A stretch of 64,000 bases of DNA from Alistipes sp. (lineage in GTDB: Bacteria; Bacteroidota; Bacteroidia; Bacteroidales; Rikenellaceae): assembly GCA_045656185.1 (NCBI GenBank), contig JAZOQR010000061.1, positions 36,784 to 100,783 of the forward strand, written 5' to 3'. Below are positions 8,284 to 18,451 of this stretch, in pieces; positions within the stretch are counted from its first letter, which is position 1, and every line of letters begins with the position of its first letter. Both the position numbers and the translations under genes were made by a program. A model generated the notes under the pieces. It was given only the letters and a program-made list of their open reading frames with translations. It was not told the origin of the DNA and did not search any database.

Positions 8284-10095
8284 ATGGAATTTTTGAAGAC
8301 TCTTGGAGCATCGTTGCTCGCATGGATTATTGGTTTTTTTCTACTTATTTTTGTAGTTATAACCTTGATAGTAGGAGCATTCTCTTCTCTTCCTACGGAG
8401 AATACTACTATTTCGAATGATAGTGTTCTATACATCGATTTTAACACACCTATTATCGATGCTCCAGCCACATCACTCTTTTCAACTATTGATTCCTCGA
8501 TGAATATCGTTGAGCCTATTACGATGCTACAAGTATTGGCTACATTGGAGTATGCTGCCGAGGACGACAGAATCAAGGGTATATGTATTGCTCCTTCGGG
8601 CGACTACTCTTTGTCGTTGGCAAATATTGAGGAGCTGCGCAAGGCTTTGGAGATATTCAAAATATCTTCGGGTAAGTTTATTATAGCCTTCGACGATGTA
8701 TACACACAGTCGGACTACTACCTAAGTACAGTTGCTGATATGATTATTGTAAACCCTGAGGGTAGTGTAGATTGGCGCGGTGTAGGTATTAGCAATATAT
8801 TCTACAAAAATCTACTTGATAAACTTAATATTAGTGTAGATATCTTCCGTCCATCGTCATGCAAATATAAGAGTGCTGTAGAGCCATTCTTCTTAACTAA
8901 GATGTCGGATGCCAACCGTAAGCAGAGCGAGGAGCTTGTGGAGTCTTTGTGGCAGAGTATCTGCGAGGATATTGCCCTCAACCGAGGTTTAGATTCTGAA
9001 AAGCTAAAGCAGTATGCTAAGGATTTGTCTATCACGACGGTTGAGGATGCTTTGAATGCTGGAATGGTAGATATGATTGCCTACGAGGATACACTCTATA
9101 ATATATATAAGGAGTATGGCATAGAAAAGGTAAATATTATATCTCTTGACCAGTATATTCTAAAACGCGCAGTACATACCTATACTGCAAATACCAAGAG
9201 TAACAACTTTAGCCATGAGAAATCGCCAATGTTGGCTATCATCTATGCTGATGGTGAGATTGTAGATGGCAACAAATATCAAGATAATGCTGTCTATGGT
9301 TCACGCCTTGCCAACGAGTTGCGTGCCGCACGCCTTGATAATAAGACTAAGGCTGTTGTTGTACGTGTGAACTCTCCTGGTGGCTCTGCCCTTGCTTCAG
9401 AGATAGCATGGCACGAGATGAAGCTACTTCAGGAGGTTAAACCAGTAGTTATATCTATGGGAGGTATGGCAGCAAGTGGTGGTTACTACATATCTACACC
9501 TGCCGACTATATCTTTGCAGATAAGTCTACCCTTACAGGTTCTATTGGAGTATTTGGTGTACTACCTAACTATGGACTCTTTCTCGAAAAGCGTCTCGGT
9601 ATTACCTTCGACTCAGCAGCTACATCTGCAAATGCTGTAGGCTTGGCGGGTATAAAACCTCTCACACCACAGGAGCGTAAAAATTTATCGCAGAGTGTTG
9701 ATAGAATTTATGATACCTTTACCGAGCATGTTGCCCAGGGACGTAATATGGCGCTTAGCGATGTATTAGAGATTTCGGAGGGCAGAGTATGGAGTGGTGT
9801 TATGGCAAAGGAGATAGGTCTTGTAGATGAGATTGGAGGTCTCCACGCTGCTATTAGCAAGGCAGTATCCTTGGCAGATATAGAGGGTAATTTTAAGATT
9901 TACGAGTTTATAGCACCTCGCTCTCCATTTGAGGAGTGGCTTAGTTCTTCATCGTTTGTACTTGCTAAAGATTTAGGTATCGACTATGATATCTATGGTG
10001 AGGAGCTACGAGAGATTTTAAGCCAGATGCCTATACTTACCTCTATGTCTGGTATTAGGACACAGCACTATGGTAATATGAATATTGAGTTTTAA
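8284..10095 (+). CDS. sppA: signal peptide peptidase SppA (67K type)
   Basis: YKSAVEPF, VRVNSPGGSALAS, SMGGMAASGGY, TLTGSIGVFG, GRVWSG. Confidence 0.92.
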   Translation: MEFLKTLGASLLAWIIGFFLLIFVVITLIVGAFSSLPTENTTISNDSVLYIDFNTPIIDAPATSLFSTIDSSMNIVEPITMLQVLATLEYAAEDDRIKGICIAPSGDYSLSLANIEELRKALEIFKISSGKFIIAFDDVYTQSDYYLSTVADMIIVNPEGSVDWRGVGISNIFYKNLLDKLNISVDIFRPSSCKYKSAVEPFFLTKMSDANRKQSEELVESLWQSICEDIALNRGLDSEKLKQYAKDLSITTVEDALNAGMVDMIAYEDTLYNIYKEYGIEKVNIISLDQYILKRAVHTYTANTKSNNFSHEKSPMLAIIYADGEIVDGNKYQDNAVYGSRLANELRAARLDNKTKAVVVRVNSPGGSALASEIAWHEMKLLQEVKPVVISMGGMAASGGYYISTPADYIFADKSTLTGSIGVFGVLPNYGLFLEKRLGITFDSAATSANAVGLAGIKPLTPQERKNLSQSVDRIYDTFTEHVAQGRNMALSDVLEISEGRVWSGVMAKEIGLVDEIGGLHAAISKAVSLADIEGNFKIYEFIAPRSPFEEWLSSSSFVLAKDLGIDYDIYGEELREILSQMPILTSMSGIRTQHYGNMNIEF

Positions 10096-10113
10096 TTAAA
10101 GATATATATTAAT

Positions 10114-11169
10114 ATGAATGAGAAGTTAGAGGAGTTATTGCGTAGCATTATACACCCCGAGACAGAGCGTAACATTGTAGATAGTGGTTTTGTAGATCGT
10201 GCCGACTTGGGTGAGGATGGTTCTGTGGCTATCACTCTCCGCTTTCAGAAGGCTCGCGACCCATTTGCTCAGAAGATTAAGCGTCAGGTTGAGGAGCTTA
10301 TGGAGCGTAGTTTTCCTGAGAGTAAGTGTATGGTTATCATCCGTGAGGCAGCACCTAAGCCACGCCGTCAGGAGAACCCATCAACCACAACAGATATATG
10401 TCGCGTTATAGCTATTGCTTCGGGTAAGGGAGGTGTTGGTAAATCTACGGTTACAGCCAATCTTGCAGTAGCTTTACGCCAACGAGGCTACAATGTTGGT
10501 ATTGTTGATGCCGATATTTATGGTCCATCTCAGACTAAGATGTTTGGTGTTGAGGGATATGTTCCAGATGCAGAGCGCGACGAGAATGGTAACGACTTCA
10601 TTATTCCTGCACAATCTTATGGTATTAAGATTATGTCTATTGGTTTCTTTATTCGTCCTACTGATGCCCTTATGTGGCGTGGTGGTATGGCTGTGAATGC
10701 TCTTCATCAGCTTATTCACCAGACACGCTGGGGTAAGTTGGATTACTTGTTGGTTGACCTGCCTCCAGGAACGGGTGATATTCACCTCTCTATTATTAAC
10801 GAGCTTAAGATTTCGGGTGCTGTTATAGTCTCTACACCTCAGCAGATTGCTGTTGCGGATGTTGTTCGTGGTGTTGAGATGTTCCGTCACGAGCAGGTTA
10901 ACATTCCTGTTTTGGGTATTGTTGAGAATATGGCGTGGTTCACTCCTGAGGAGCTTCCCGATAATAGATACTACATCTTTGGTAAAGGTGGTGCTAAGCG
11001 ATATGCTGAGCAGGTAGGTGTTGATTTGCTTGGTGAGGTGCCAATCATCCAATCTATTATGGAGGGTGGTGACGAGGGTCGCCCTGCAGGTAATTTTGAT
11101 CCACGAGTTGAGAAATACTATGCAGAGATTGCTGCAACCATTGTTAACAAACTCCCTGCGGAGTGTTAA
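10114..11169 (+). CDS. mrp: Mrp/ApbC/NBP35 Fe-S cluster carrier ATPase
   Basis: SGKGGVGKST, DADIYGPS, DLPPGTGD, GIVENM. Confidence 0.92.
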   Translation: MNEKLEELLRSIIHPETERNIVDSGFVDRADLGEDGSVAITLRFQKARDPFAQKIKRQVEELMERSFPESKCMVIIREAAPKPRRQENPSTTTDICRVIAIASGKGGVGKSTVTANLAVALRQRGYNVGIVDADIYGPSQTKMFGVEGYVPDAERDENGNDFIIPAQSYGIKIMSIGFFIRPTDALMWRGGMAVNALHQLIHQTRWGKLDYLLVDLPPGTGDIHLSIINELKISGAVIVSTPQQIAVADVVRGVEMFRHEQVNIPVLGIVENMAWFTPEELPDNRYYIFGKGGAKRYAEQVGVDLLGEVPIIQSIMEGGDEGRPAGNFDPRVEKYYAEIAATIVNKLPAEC

Positions 11170-11221
11170 TATTTGCGTTGAAAAAAGTTGAGTAATTTTT
11201 GAAAAATAGATTTGCAAGTTT

Positions 11222-11257
11222 AGAGACGGTCGCTGTATATACGGCCGTCTCTTTTTT
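11222..11257 (+). terminator. intrinsic terminator after mrp
   Basis: AGAGACGGTCG...CGGCCGTCTCT stem followed by a T-run. Confidence 0.75.
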
Positions 11258-11269
11258 GCAAGTAAAAGA

Positions 11270-11570
11270 CAATAATTTTCTATCAACATCTAAAACCATA
11301 CTTAGACTATTATAGTAAACAGTCGCTGTTAATAATTATTCAGTGTTGATATGTTCATATAGTTTTTAACATATGTCTATACTTATTTTTATTTTATTGA
11401 TTATTAAACAATTATAAGTTAAAAATAATAAACAATACAAAATAATATATGTTGATAAACTCCTATATTAACACTTATTAACACAATTAACAGAGATTAT
11501 TATTATTTTAATTTTTATTTAATATATATAAAGTATAAAAAGAATAAAAATATAATGTTGACAAGTCGGG
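11270..11570. other. putative chromosomal replication origin (oriC)
   Basis: Very AT-rich, gene-free ~570-bp gap containing ~10 DnaA-box-like 9-mers (e.g. TGTTAATAA 11327, TGTTGATAA 11450, TTATTAACA 11475, CAATTAACA 11484) followed by ATTATTATTATT (11496-11507) and an A/T-only tract. Confidence 0.65.
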
Positions 11571-11769
11571 CGGGTGGTTGAAATTTTTTGCATGCGCATC
11601 CCTCTATCACCTAATATGCGTTGTCTACAGACAACACTAAATATATTGAAGTTTTCACTACAATTATAACCTAAGTTATAAAGGCCTAAAAATTATATCA
11701 TCACGAATATAGCCCTACAATAAAAAAAATTTAGTATATTTGCGTAATTTTAGGCTAAACATTGTTTTT

Positions 11770-12795
11770 ATGCAAATAGCTAATAGTAAAATAGAGGAGC
11801 TTAGGAATATGCTCCAGGAGCCCAAAAACATTGTTATTCTATCGCACACTAACCCTGATGGAGATGCTATAGGATCCTCTTTGGCTTGGGCCGAAATACT
11901 AAGAAGCAAAGGTCACACAGTGAACTGTGTAGTGCCTAATAGATATCCATACTATTTGGAGTTTATGCCTGCCATTAGCACTATGTTGCTATACAAGGAT
12001 GATAAATTGGGTATTGTGGATAGTGTAGTCAAGGGTGCAGATATAATCTTCTGCCTCGACTTCCATACTATGACTCGTTTAGATGGCCTTGGAGAGGTGA
12101 TAGGTGAAAATAGTCACGCAAAGCGCGTACTCATAGATCACCATTTGGATCCTAACGAGGATTTTGACCTTATGATATCATACCCAGCGGCATCAAGTAC
12201 TTGCTATCTTGTAGCAACCATCATTAAGGAGTTGTATGGCGAGGAGGCATTTACACAGTCTATGGCTGAGAATCTCTTTGTGGGTATGATGACAGATACT
12301 GGAAACTTCGCCTTCTCGAACATTACTCCAGATCTCTTCCGTATGGTAGCTGTGTTGGCCTCTACAGGTATTAGTATTCCTACTATCCATAACAACGTAT
12401 ATAACTCATTTACAGAGGGACGTGCACGTTTGTTTGGTTATGTTATTAACCGTAAGATGAAGATATTTCATAATGGCACTGTGGCCTATATGTCGCTTAC
12501 AAGTGATGAGCTTAAGCGCTTCTGGTTCCAGCAGGGTGACTCTGAGGGTTTTGTGAACTATCCACTTACTATTAAGAAGATGAAGATTTCGGCTATCTTC
12601 ACCGAGCATGCCGATAATATCCGAGTATCGTTGCGCTCACGCGGAGATATTGATGTAAATATCTTTGCACAGCGTTACTTCAATGGCGGTGGCCATAAGA
12701 ATGCTGCGGGTGGTAAGTCGTTTATGTCGATGGAGGATACAATCAAACACTTTGAGAAGGCTATTAAGGAGTACAGCCGTGAGGGTAACATATAG
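11770..12795 (+). CDS. nrnA: DHH family phosphoesterase (NrnA-like oligoribonuclease/pAp phosphatase)
   Basis: HTNPDGDAIGS, IDHH, TDTGNF, SLRS, GGGHKNAAG. Confidence 0.88.
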   Translation: MQIANSKIEELRNMLQEPKNIVILSHTNPDGDAIGSSLAWAEILRSKGHTVNCVVPNRYPYYLEFMPAISTMLLYKDDKLGIVDSVVKGADIIFCLDFHTMTRLDGLGEVIGENSHAKRVLIDHHLDPNEDFDLMISYPAASSTCYLVATIIKELYGEEAFTQSMAENLFVGMMTDTGNFAFSNITPDLFRMVAVLASTGISIPTIHNNVYNSFTEGRARLFGYVINRKMKIFHNGTVAYMSLTSDELKRFWFQQGDSEGFVNYPLTIKKMKISAIFTEHADNIRVSLRSRGDIDVNIFAQRYFNGGGHKNAAGGKSFMSMEDTIKHFEKAIKEYSREGNI

Positions 12796-12864
12796 TTTAC
12801 TTTTAATGTGATGTAAGATATTAATAGATTGAGAGTTAAGAAATAAAAGTAAAAAATAGATAAA

Positions 12865-14703
12865 ATGTTCAAAACTTATTTTCGACTACTTGGCTTTGCA
12901 AAGCCTCTAAGTCGCTACACTATCCCTTATTTTATTTTTGCGGCGTTGCATGCGTTGTTTAATACCTTCAACTACGCGATGATTATCCCTATCCTGAATG
13001 CGATGTTTAATTCGACAGGGGGATTTGTATTTACACCGGTATATGTTTTACCTCAGATATCTATCAACGAGGATGGCCTAAATACTATCATTTCATATCT
13101 CTACACACATATGTTTGGTGAGGAGTTCGTGCAGATGAAATTCCTTGGTATGCTTGGTGGTGTGTTGGTATGTATGAATCTTTTTAGTAACCTCTTCCGT
13201 TATGCTGCAGCAATGACTGTTGAGAATCTAAGAATCAACACTTTGCGTCGTATGCGTAACGAGATGTTTGCCAACGTGGCGAATATGAATGTAGGTTACT
13301 TCAGCAACCAGCGTAAGGGTGATATTATGTCGAAGATTACTCAGGATGTAATGGTAGTGCAGTATTGTATTACTAACACTCTTCAAGTTGCCTTCCGTGA
13401 TCCACTACTTATCATCGGTTACTTGACTTTGATGATTGGTATTTCTTGGGAGTTGTCACTCTTTGCCGTACTCTTCCTTCCTATCGTAGGTCTTGTTATT
13501 GGTCGTATTGTAAAGCGTCTTCGTCACCCAGCAAAGCGTGGTCAGGAGCGTATGGCAGACTTGGTATCTGTTGTTGATGAGTCTTTGGGAGGTATTAAGA
13601 TTGTTAAGGGCTACAACGCTACTAACTTTATAGTAGATAAGTTCAAGAAGATTAATGCCGATATGTCACGCTTGTTACTCTCTATGGCGCGTCGTCAGCA
13701 GTTGGCATCGCCTATGAGTGAGTTCTTAGGTCTTACAGCCGTAGCCTTGATATTGGTATTTGGTGGTAAGCTCGTAGAGAGTGGTATTGTTACAGGTGCT
13801 GGTTTTATCGCTTTCGTAGCAGCCTTCTCGCAGATTACACGTCCTTTGCGCTCGTTTATCGACCAGTTTGCTAATATCAATCAGGGTGTGGCAGCAGGTG
13901 AGCGTATCTTCACTATCATAGATGCTGAGAATGAGGTTAAGGATAAGGAGAATGCAGTAGAGTTTGAGGGTTTGAAGGACTCTATTGAGCTTCGTAATGT
14001 AGAGTTCTCTTACGATGGCGATAGAAAGGTTATCAAGGGTGTAAACATCAAGATTAAGCGAGGTGAGACCATTGCCTTGGTAGGACCATCGGGAGGTGGT
14101 AAGTCTACACTTAGTGAGCTTATACCACGTTTCTACGATGTTGATGGTGGTGATGTATTGTTTGATGGTATCTCTGTTAAGGAGTATAGTCAGGAGTCGC
14201 TTCGTGCAAAGATGAGTATTGTATCTCAGGAGACAGTTCTCTTTAACGATACTATCGAGGGTAATATCCTTATGGGTCGTCCTACAGCTACACGTGAGGA
14301 GGTTATCGAGGCCTCTAAGGTTGCTAATGCACATGGCTTTATTATGGATAGTACCGAGGGTTACGATACAAATATTGGTGATCGTGGTACAAAGCTATCA
14401 GGTGGTCAGCGTCAGCGACTTAGCATTGCCCGTGCGGTGTTGAAGAACCCAGAGATTTTGATTCTCGATGAGGCTACATCTGCACTTGATACCGAGAGCG
14501 AGAAGCTCGTGCAGGATGCTCTTACAAATCTATTGAAGGGACGTACCTCTATCGTTATTGCACACCGTCTAAGCACTATCTATAATGCCGATAGAATATA
14601 TGTTATCGATGATGGATGTGTTGCTGAGGAGGGTACACACAGTGAGTTGTTGGAGAAGGGTGGCATCTATGCTCACCTTATCGAGATGCAGAGCTTCACT
14701 TAG
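12865..14703 (+). CDS. ABC exporter, fused permease/ATPase (MsbA-like)
   Basis: N-terminal TM domain, GPSGGGKST, LSGGQRQR, ILDEATSALD. Confidence 0.9.
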   Translation: MFKTYFRLLGFAKPLSRYTIPYFIFAALHALFNTFNYAMIIPILNAMFNSTGGFVFTPVYVLPQISINEDGLNTIISYLYTHMFGEEFVQMKFLGMLGGVLVCMNLFSNLFRYAAAMTVENLRINTLRRMRNEMFANVANMNVGYFSNQRKGDIMSKITQDVMVVQYCITNTLQVAFRDPLLIIGYLTLMIGISWELSLFAVLFLPIVGLVIGRIVKRLRHPAKRGQERMADLVSVVDESLGGIKIVKGYNATNFIVDKFKKINADMSRLLLSMARRQQLASPMSEFLGLTAVALILVFGGKLVESGIVTGAGFIAFVAAFSQITRPLRSFIDQFANINQGVAAGERIFTIIDAENEVKDKENAVEFEGLKDSIELRNVEFSYDGDRKVIKGVNIKIKRGETIALVGPSGGGKSTLSELIPRFYDVDGGDVLFDGISVKEYSQESLRAKMSIVSQETVLFNDTIEGNILMGRPTATREEVIEASKVANAHGFIMDSTEGYDTNIGDRGTKLSGGQRQRLSIARAVLKNPEILILDEATSALDTESEKLVQDALTNLLKGRTSIVIAHRLSTIYNADRIYVIDDGCVAEEGTHSELLEKGGIYAHLIEMQSFT

Positions 14704-14711
14704 TAGTTAGG

Positions 14712-15461
14712 ATGAAGAGGGCTATTATCATAGGGGCATCATCGGGTATAGGTCGTGCAGTAGCTTCACTACTTGTGGAGCGAGGTTGGCATATTGCTAT
14801 CACGGCACGACGTAGCGAGGCTCTGGATGAGCTTAGGGTTATGTATGGTGCTGATAGAGTGATGACCCTACCTATGGATGTCACCAAGGATGATGCAATC
14901 CAGCAGCTTGATACTCTTCTTAACGATTTTGGAGCTCCTGATCTCCTCTTCTACGCCTCAGGTATAGGTGGTCAAAATCGTGAACTTGATATAGAGCAGG
15001 AGTTGGATATTATACGTACCAACTGTGAGGGTATGGTGCGTGTTGTAGACCACTTCGTAAACTATGTGCGCCGTAGCAAGGAGTATGACAAGCGTCGTAA
15101 GGCACATATAGCTGTTATCACCTCAGTGGCTGGTACGCGAGGTATAGGCACTGCGGCAGCATATTCGGCATCTAAGGCTATGCAGAGTGAGTATATCACC
15201 GCCTTAGCGCAGCTATGCTCTATGGAGAAGATTTATGCCCGCTTTACCGATATACGCCCAGGTTTTGTGAAGACACCAATCCTTAACCCTGAGAAGCACT
15301 ACCCTATGCTTATCAGCGTAGAGCGTGCAGCACAGCATATCCTACGCGGTCTTAAGCGTAGGAAGCGAGTATTAATCTTTGATTGGAGATTTAAGCTTCT
15401 TGTATTTTTCTGGCACCTTATCCCACGATTTATATGGGAGAGGCTCAGCATTAAGAACTAA
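14712..15461 (+). CDS. SDR family oxidoreductase
   Basis: GASSGIG, YSASK, RPGFVKT. Confidence 0.9.
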   Translation: MKRAIIIGASSGIGRAVASLLVERGWHIAITARRSEALDELRVMYGADRVMTLPMDVTKDDAIQQLDTLLNDFGAPDLLFYASGIGGQNRELDIEQELDIIRTNCEGMVRVVDHFVNYVRRSKEYDKRRKAHIAVITSVAGTRGIGTAAAYSASKAMQSEYITALAQLCSMEKIYARFTDIRPGFVKTPILNPEKHYPMLISVERAAQHILRGLKRRKRVLIFDWRFKLLVFFWHLIPRFIWERLSIKN

Positions 15462-16528
15462 GGCTCAAAATTACATCTTAAGGCTATAGGCGCAGGTCTA
15501 CCATCTTTTATCTTTTGTATCATCACATCGAGGTATCGTTGGATGTCGTCGCGTAGTTGCTTATAGAGTGGCGAGTCTGTATAGTTCTCGTTATCGAGCA
15601 ACACATCCTTTATCGAACGAAGGGTATTTGTGTAGTTCTGCAACTCATTTTTAAGGGCTATACCCGTCACCTTTGAGTTATTAATCTTTGCAATAGAGAG
15701 CTGGCGTAGCTTATCACATACCGATGTAAGCAGTGGTATCATAACATTATCCATCAGGGTATGACCGTGCATATATAGATAGCAGTTCTCTCTTGTAACG
15801 CCACGCTTCTCTAACTTTTTAGTTAGGATATCTAACCTATCACCCATATCGGGATTATCCCTATTCAATGCCTCACATCTGCGCTCTACGTTGCGCTGTA
15901 GCCACGCTAAGCTACTCTCGCCATTGTGGCGTATATCCACATAATTTAGGCGCACAGAGGCACGAAATTCGGCAAGCGTAAATAGATTTTCACGATGGTG
16001 CTCTGCCGAGTAGACATACCATATAAATAGAGGATATATAACCTTCGAATACTCTGCCATAAAGCGCACAAAGTCGAAGATGCGAGTATCATTCTTCGTC
16101 ACCTTCACGCAGACGTTGTGCAACGATGGCGCATAGCATAGATAATTTTCGGTGGCATAGGTGTATGTATGAAACATATTCTTTGCCTCTAATACCCTTT
16201 TAGATTGCTCTGTAGAGCCATTAAAGAGGTAGTCGAAATCGGAGTCCACGCATAGCAACGTCTCCTCCTCGTTGCAATGCCCCAACATCGAGAGAAGCAC
16301 CTGCTTACCCTTAGGCAGGTCGTCACGATTAGGTACAGAGATTTCGAAACGAAGATATGGATTCTTGAAGTGGTCGAATATACCTCTCCAAAATGCCACA
16401 TCCTCATATCCCTCGACATAGACATGCACCAAGTACCTATCATCCTCTGGAGGGAGGATATCAGGTAGTTTGTTGGGGTCATACCAATCCAACTCGTTAG
16501 CTCTTCTATATCGTTTCTTTGTATTCAC
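15458..16528 (-). CDS. DUF4435-like (TOPRIM-fold) protein
   Basis: VYVEGYEDVAFW, CVDSDFD, YATENY, HGH motifs. Confidence 0.7.
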   Translation of the reverse strand: MNTKKRYRRANELDWYDPNKLPDILPPEDDRYLVHVYVEGYEDVAFWRGIFDHFKNPYLRFEISVPNRDDLPKGKQVLLSMLGHCNEEETLLCVDSDFDYLFNGSTEQSKRVLEAKNMFHTYTYATENYLCYAPSLHNVCVKVTKNDTRIFDFVRFMAEYSKVIYPLFIWYVYSAEHHRENLFTLAEFRASVRLNYVDIRHNGESSLAWLQRNVERRCEALNRDNPDMGDRLDILTKKLEKRGVTRENCYLYMHGHTLMDNVMIPLLTSVCDKLRQLSIAKINNSKVTGIALKNELQNYTNTLRSIKDVLLDNENYTDSPLYKQLRDDIQRYLDVMIQKIKDGRPAPIALRCNFEP

Positions 16529-16580
16529 GATGGTAAAGTTACAAAATTTTTATAACTTTGACCAATAAAAATTAAAATAT

Positions 16581-16922
16581 ATGGCAAACGATTGGAAAGA
16601 TAGATTGGGTGTGGTCTTCTCTACCAACCCAAATTTCGCATACGATACCGCCTCTGAGGAGGATGAAGCTACCCTACCACCCAACAAGCAAAACCTCAAG
16701 GTATGGCTTGATCGCCTTAAGGGAGGTCGTGTAGCTACTGTTGTTCGTGGTTTTGTAGGCTCTCAGGATGACCTTGCAGAACTTGGTAAGGAGCTTAAAA
16801 AGAGTTGCGGTGTGGGAGGCACAGCCAAAGATGGCGAGATTATTATCCAGGGCGACCACCGCGATAGAGTCATCGAGCTACTCACCAAAGCGGGGTATAA
16901 AACTAAGCGCGCCGGCGGATAG
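16581..16922 (+). CDS. SUI1/YciH translation initiation factor
   Basis: LGKELKKSCGVGGTAKDGEIIIQGD. Confidence 0.9.
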   Translation: MANDWKDRLGVVFSTNPNFAYDTASEEDEATLPPNKQNLKVWLDRLKGGRVATVVRGFVGSQDDLAELGKELKKSCGVGGTAKDGEIIIQGDHRDRVIELLTKAGYKTKRAGG

Positions 16923-16923
16923 T

Positions 16924-17052
16924 AATTTCTTGTGATAAGGGGTCGATTGCGGCCCCTAACAAAAAAGGCGACAATGGGACGTACGTTCAAGTACTACCCA
17001 TCGTCGCCTTTTTCGCCGAGTGTAGCACTCGGCGCCCTTCTGACAAGAAATT
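16924..17052 (+). mobile_element. 129-bp AATT-bounded imperfect palindrome, copy 2
   Basis: AATTTCTTGTGATAAGGGG...CCCTTCTGACAAGAAATT, starting 1 nt after the SUI1 stop codon. Confidence 0.75.
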
Positions 17053-17206
17053 GGGTCTCGCGCTTGGGAAGGTTTGTGTTGTTAAAAGGCGCAGTCAAAA
17101 GAGAATTAGTAGAGAGTAATTAGTAATGGTTAAAAGGCTTTGCCTTTTTATAAAACTTATGCGAAGCATACCATACTTTTCACTTTTCACCTTTCAGTTT
17201 TCAGTT
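17053..17206. repeat. mosaic repeat modules (AATTAGT heptamers + AAAAGGCTTTGCCTTTT; GCGAAGC + TTTTCA[C/G] heptamers)
   Basis: Matches modules at 33320-33372, 34188-34247 and 40773-40832. Confidence 0.75.
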
Positions 17207-17239
17207 AAAAAAAAGTGTCCAACAAAACTGCTGGACACT
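17207..17239 (-). terminator. intrinsic terminator after frr
   Basis: AGTGTCCA...TGGACACT stem with an A8 run (U-tract on the minus strand). Confidence 0.65.
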
Positions 17240-17262
17240 ACTCTTATAAACCAAAGGTCTGT

Positions 17263-17820
17263 TTACACAGTCATTACCTCTTTCTCCTTCTTCTCAAGCT
17301 CAGCATCGAGTACCTTGGTGAACTTCTCAAGGAGTTTTTGAACCTGTGCCTCGCCATCCTTCTGCTCATCCTCAGACATACCCTCCTTCTGAGCCTTCTT
17401 GAATGCCTCAACAGCATCGCGGCGTGCGTTACGGAGGCTGATACGTGCAGTCTCGCCCTCAGCCTTAACCTTCTTTACGATCTCCTTACGACGCTCCTCA
17501 GTAAGAGGAGGAATAGAGAGGCGGATATGCTCACCGTTATTCGATGGTGTAAGACCGATGTTAGAGTCGATAATAGCCTTCTCGATAGGGCGAATCATAT
17601 TCTTATCCCAAGGCTGGATAAGCACTGTCTTTGCATCTGGTACTGTGACACTCGCAACACCTGACACAGGGGTCTGTGAGCCATAGTAGTCGATAAATAC
17701 ACCGTTAAGAACATTAACAGATGCCTTGCCTGCGCGGAGGTTTAGCAACTCCTCGACAAGGTGGTCAACGGCACGCTGCATACGGTCGGTTGCCTCGTTT
17801 AGAATAGTCTTGGTATCCAT
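17263..17820 (-). CDS. frr: ribosome recycling factor
   Basis: RAGKAS, IDYYGS, IQPWD, IPPLTEERRK, RNARR. Confidence 0.97.
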   Translation of the reverse strand: MDTKTILNEATDRMQRAVDHLVEELLNLRAGKASVNVLNGVFIDYYGSQTPVSGVASVTVPDAKTVLIQPWDKNMIRPIEKAIIDSNIGLTPSNNGEHIRLSIPPLTEERRKEIVKKVKAEGETARISLRNARRDAVEAFKKAQKEGMSEDEQKDGEAQVQKLLEKFTKVLDAELEKKEKEVMTV

Positions 17821-17841
17821 AATAGTCTTTTTTATATTGTT

Positions 17842-18438
17842 TTATTTCAATGCCTCAGTAATAGCGTTGTCAATAGCCTTAGCAACATCCTCGTCATAGC
17901 CTACAGCTACATATACGACCTTGCCATCCTTGCCTGCGACAACACTGCGTGGGATATAGTTAGATGCATACTTCTTGTATATCGACTGGTCGCCATCCAA
18001 ACCGATAGGAAATGTGTAGCCCATCTTATCGATGAATGCCTCTACAGTCTCGCGCTTCTCGCCACGCGAGATAGGAAGCACAACCACATCCTTACCTGCA
18101 AAACGGTCGATAACATCCTTCTGTAGGTGCGACATCTCCTGACGACAAGGAGGACACCATGTAGCCCAGAAGTTAACTAACACAACCTTACCACGAAGTT
18201 CTGATAGTGTGATGCGTGAGCCATCAAGCATCTCTACAGTGAAGTCTGGTGCTACATCGCCAGCGTGGATAAGTGTTGTTGCCTCGATATCAGCCTGTGC
18301 TGTAGGAGTACTGCTATTTGTAGCCTTAGCCTCTACAGGCCAGAAGATAATAGCCACCACAAGGGCTATAAGCACCAAGAGTAGTGCCGATAGCGTGAGT
18401 GTTGAACCACGCTTCTTATATGTTCTCTTAATAGCCAT
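17842..18438 (-). CDS. TlpA-family thiol-disulfide oxidoreductase, membrane anchored
   Basis: APDFT, LVNFWATWCPPCRQEM. Confidence 0.9.
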   Translation of the reverse strand: MAIKRTYKKRGSTLTLSALLLVLIALVVAIIFWPVEAKATNSSTPTAQADIEATTLIHAGDVAPDFTVEMLDGSRITLSELRGKVVLVNFWATWCPPCRQEMSHLQKDVIDRFAGKDVVVLPISRGEKRETVEAFIDKMGYTFPIGLDGDQSIYKKYASNYIPRSVVAGKDGKVVYVAVGYDEDVAKAIDNAITEALK

Positions 18439-18451
18439 AATACATTAAATA

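Noticed and set aside
10474..11289. Long antisense or alternate-frame ORFs (also 6481-7050, 13726-14334, 19876-20589, 35050-35763, 58163-58789, 61527-62186)
   Set aside because: Shadows of well-supported genes, with no recognisable motifs
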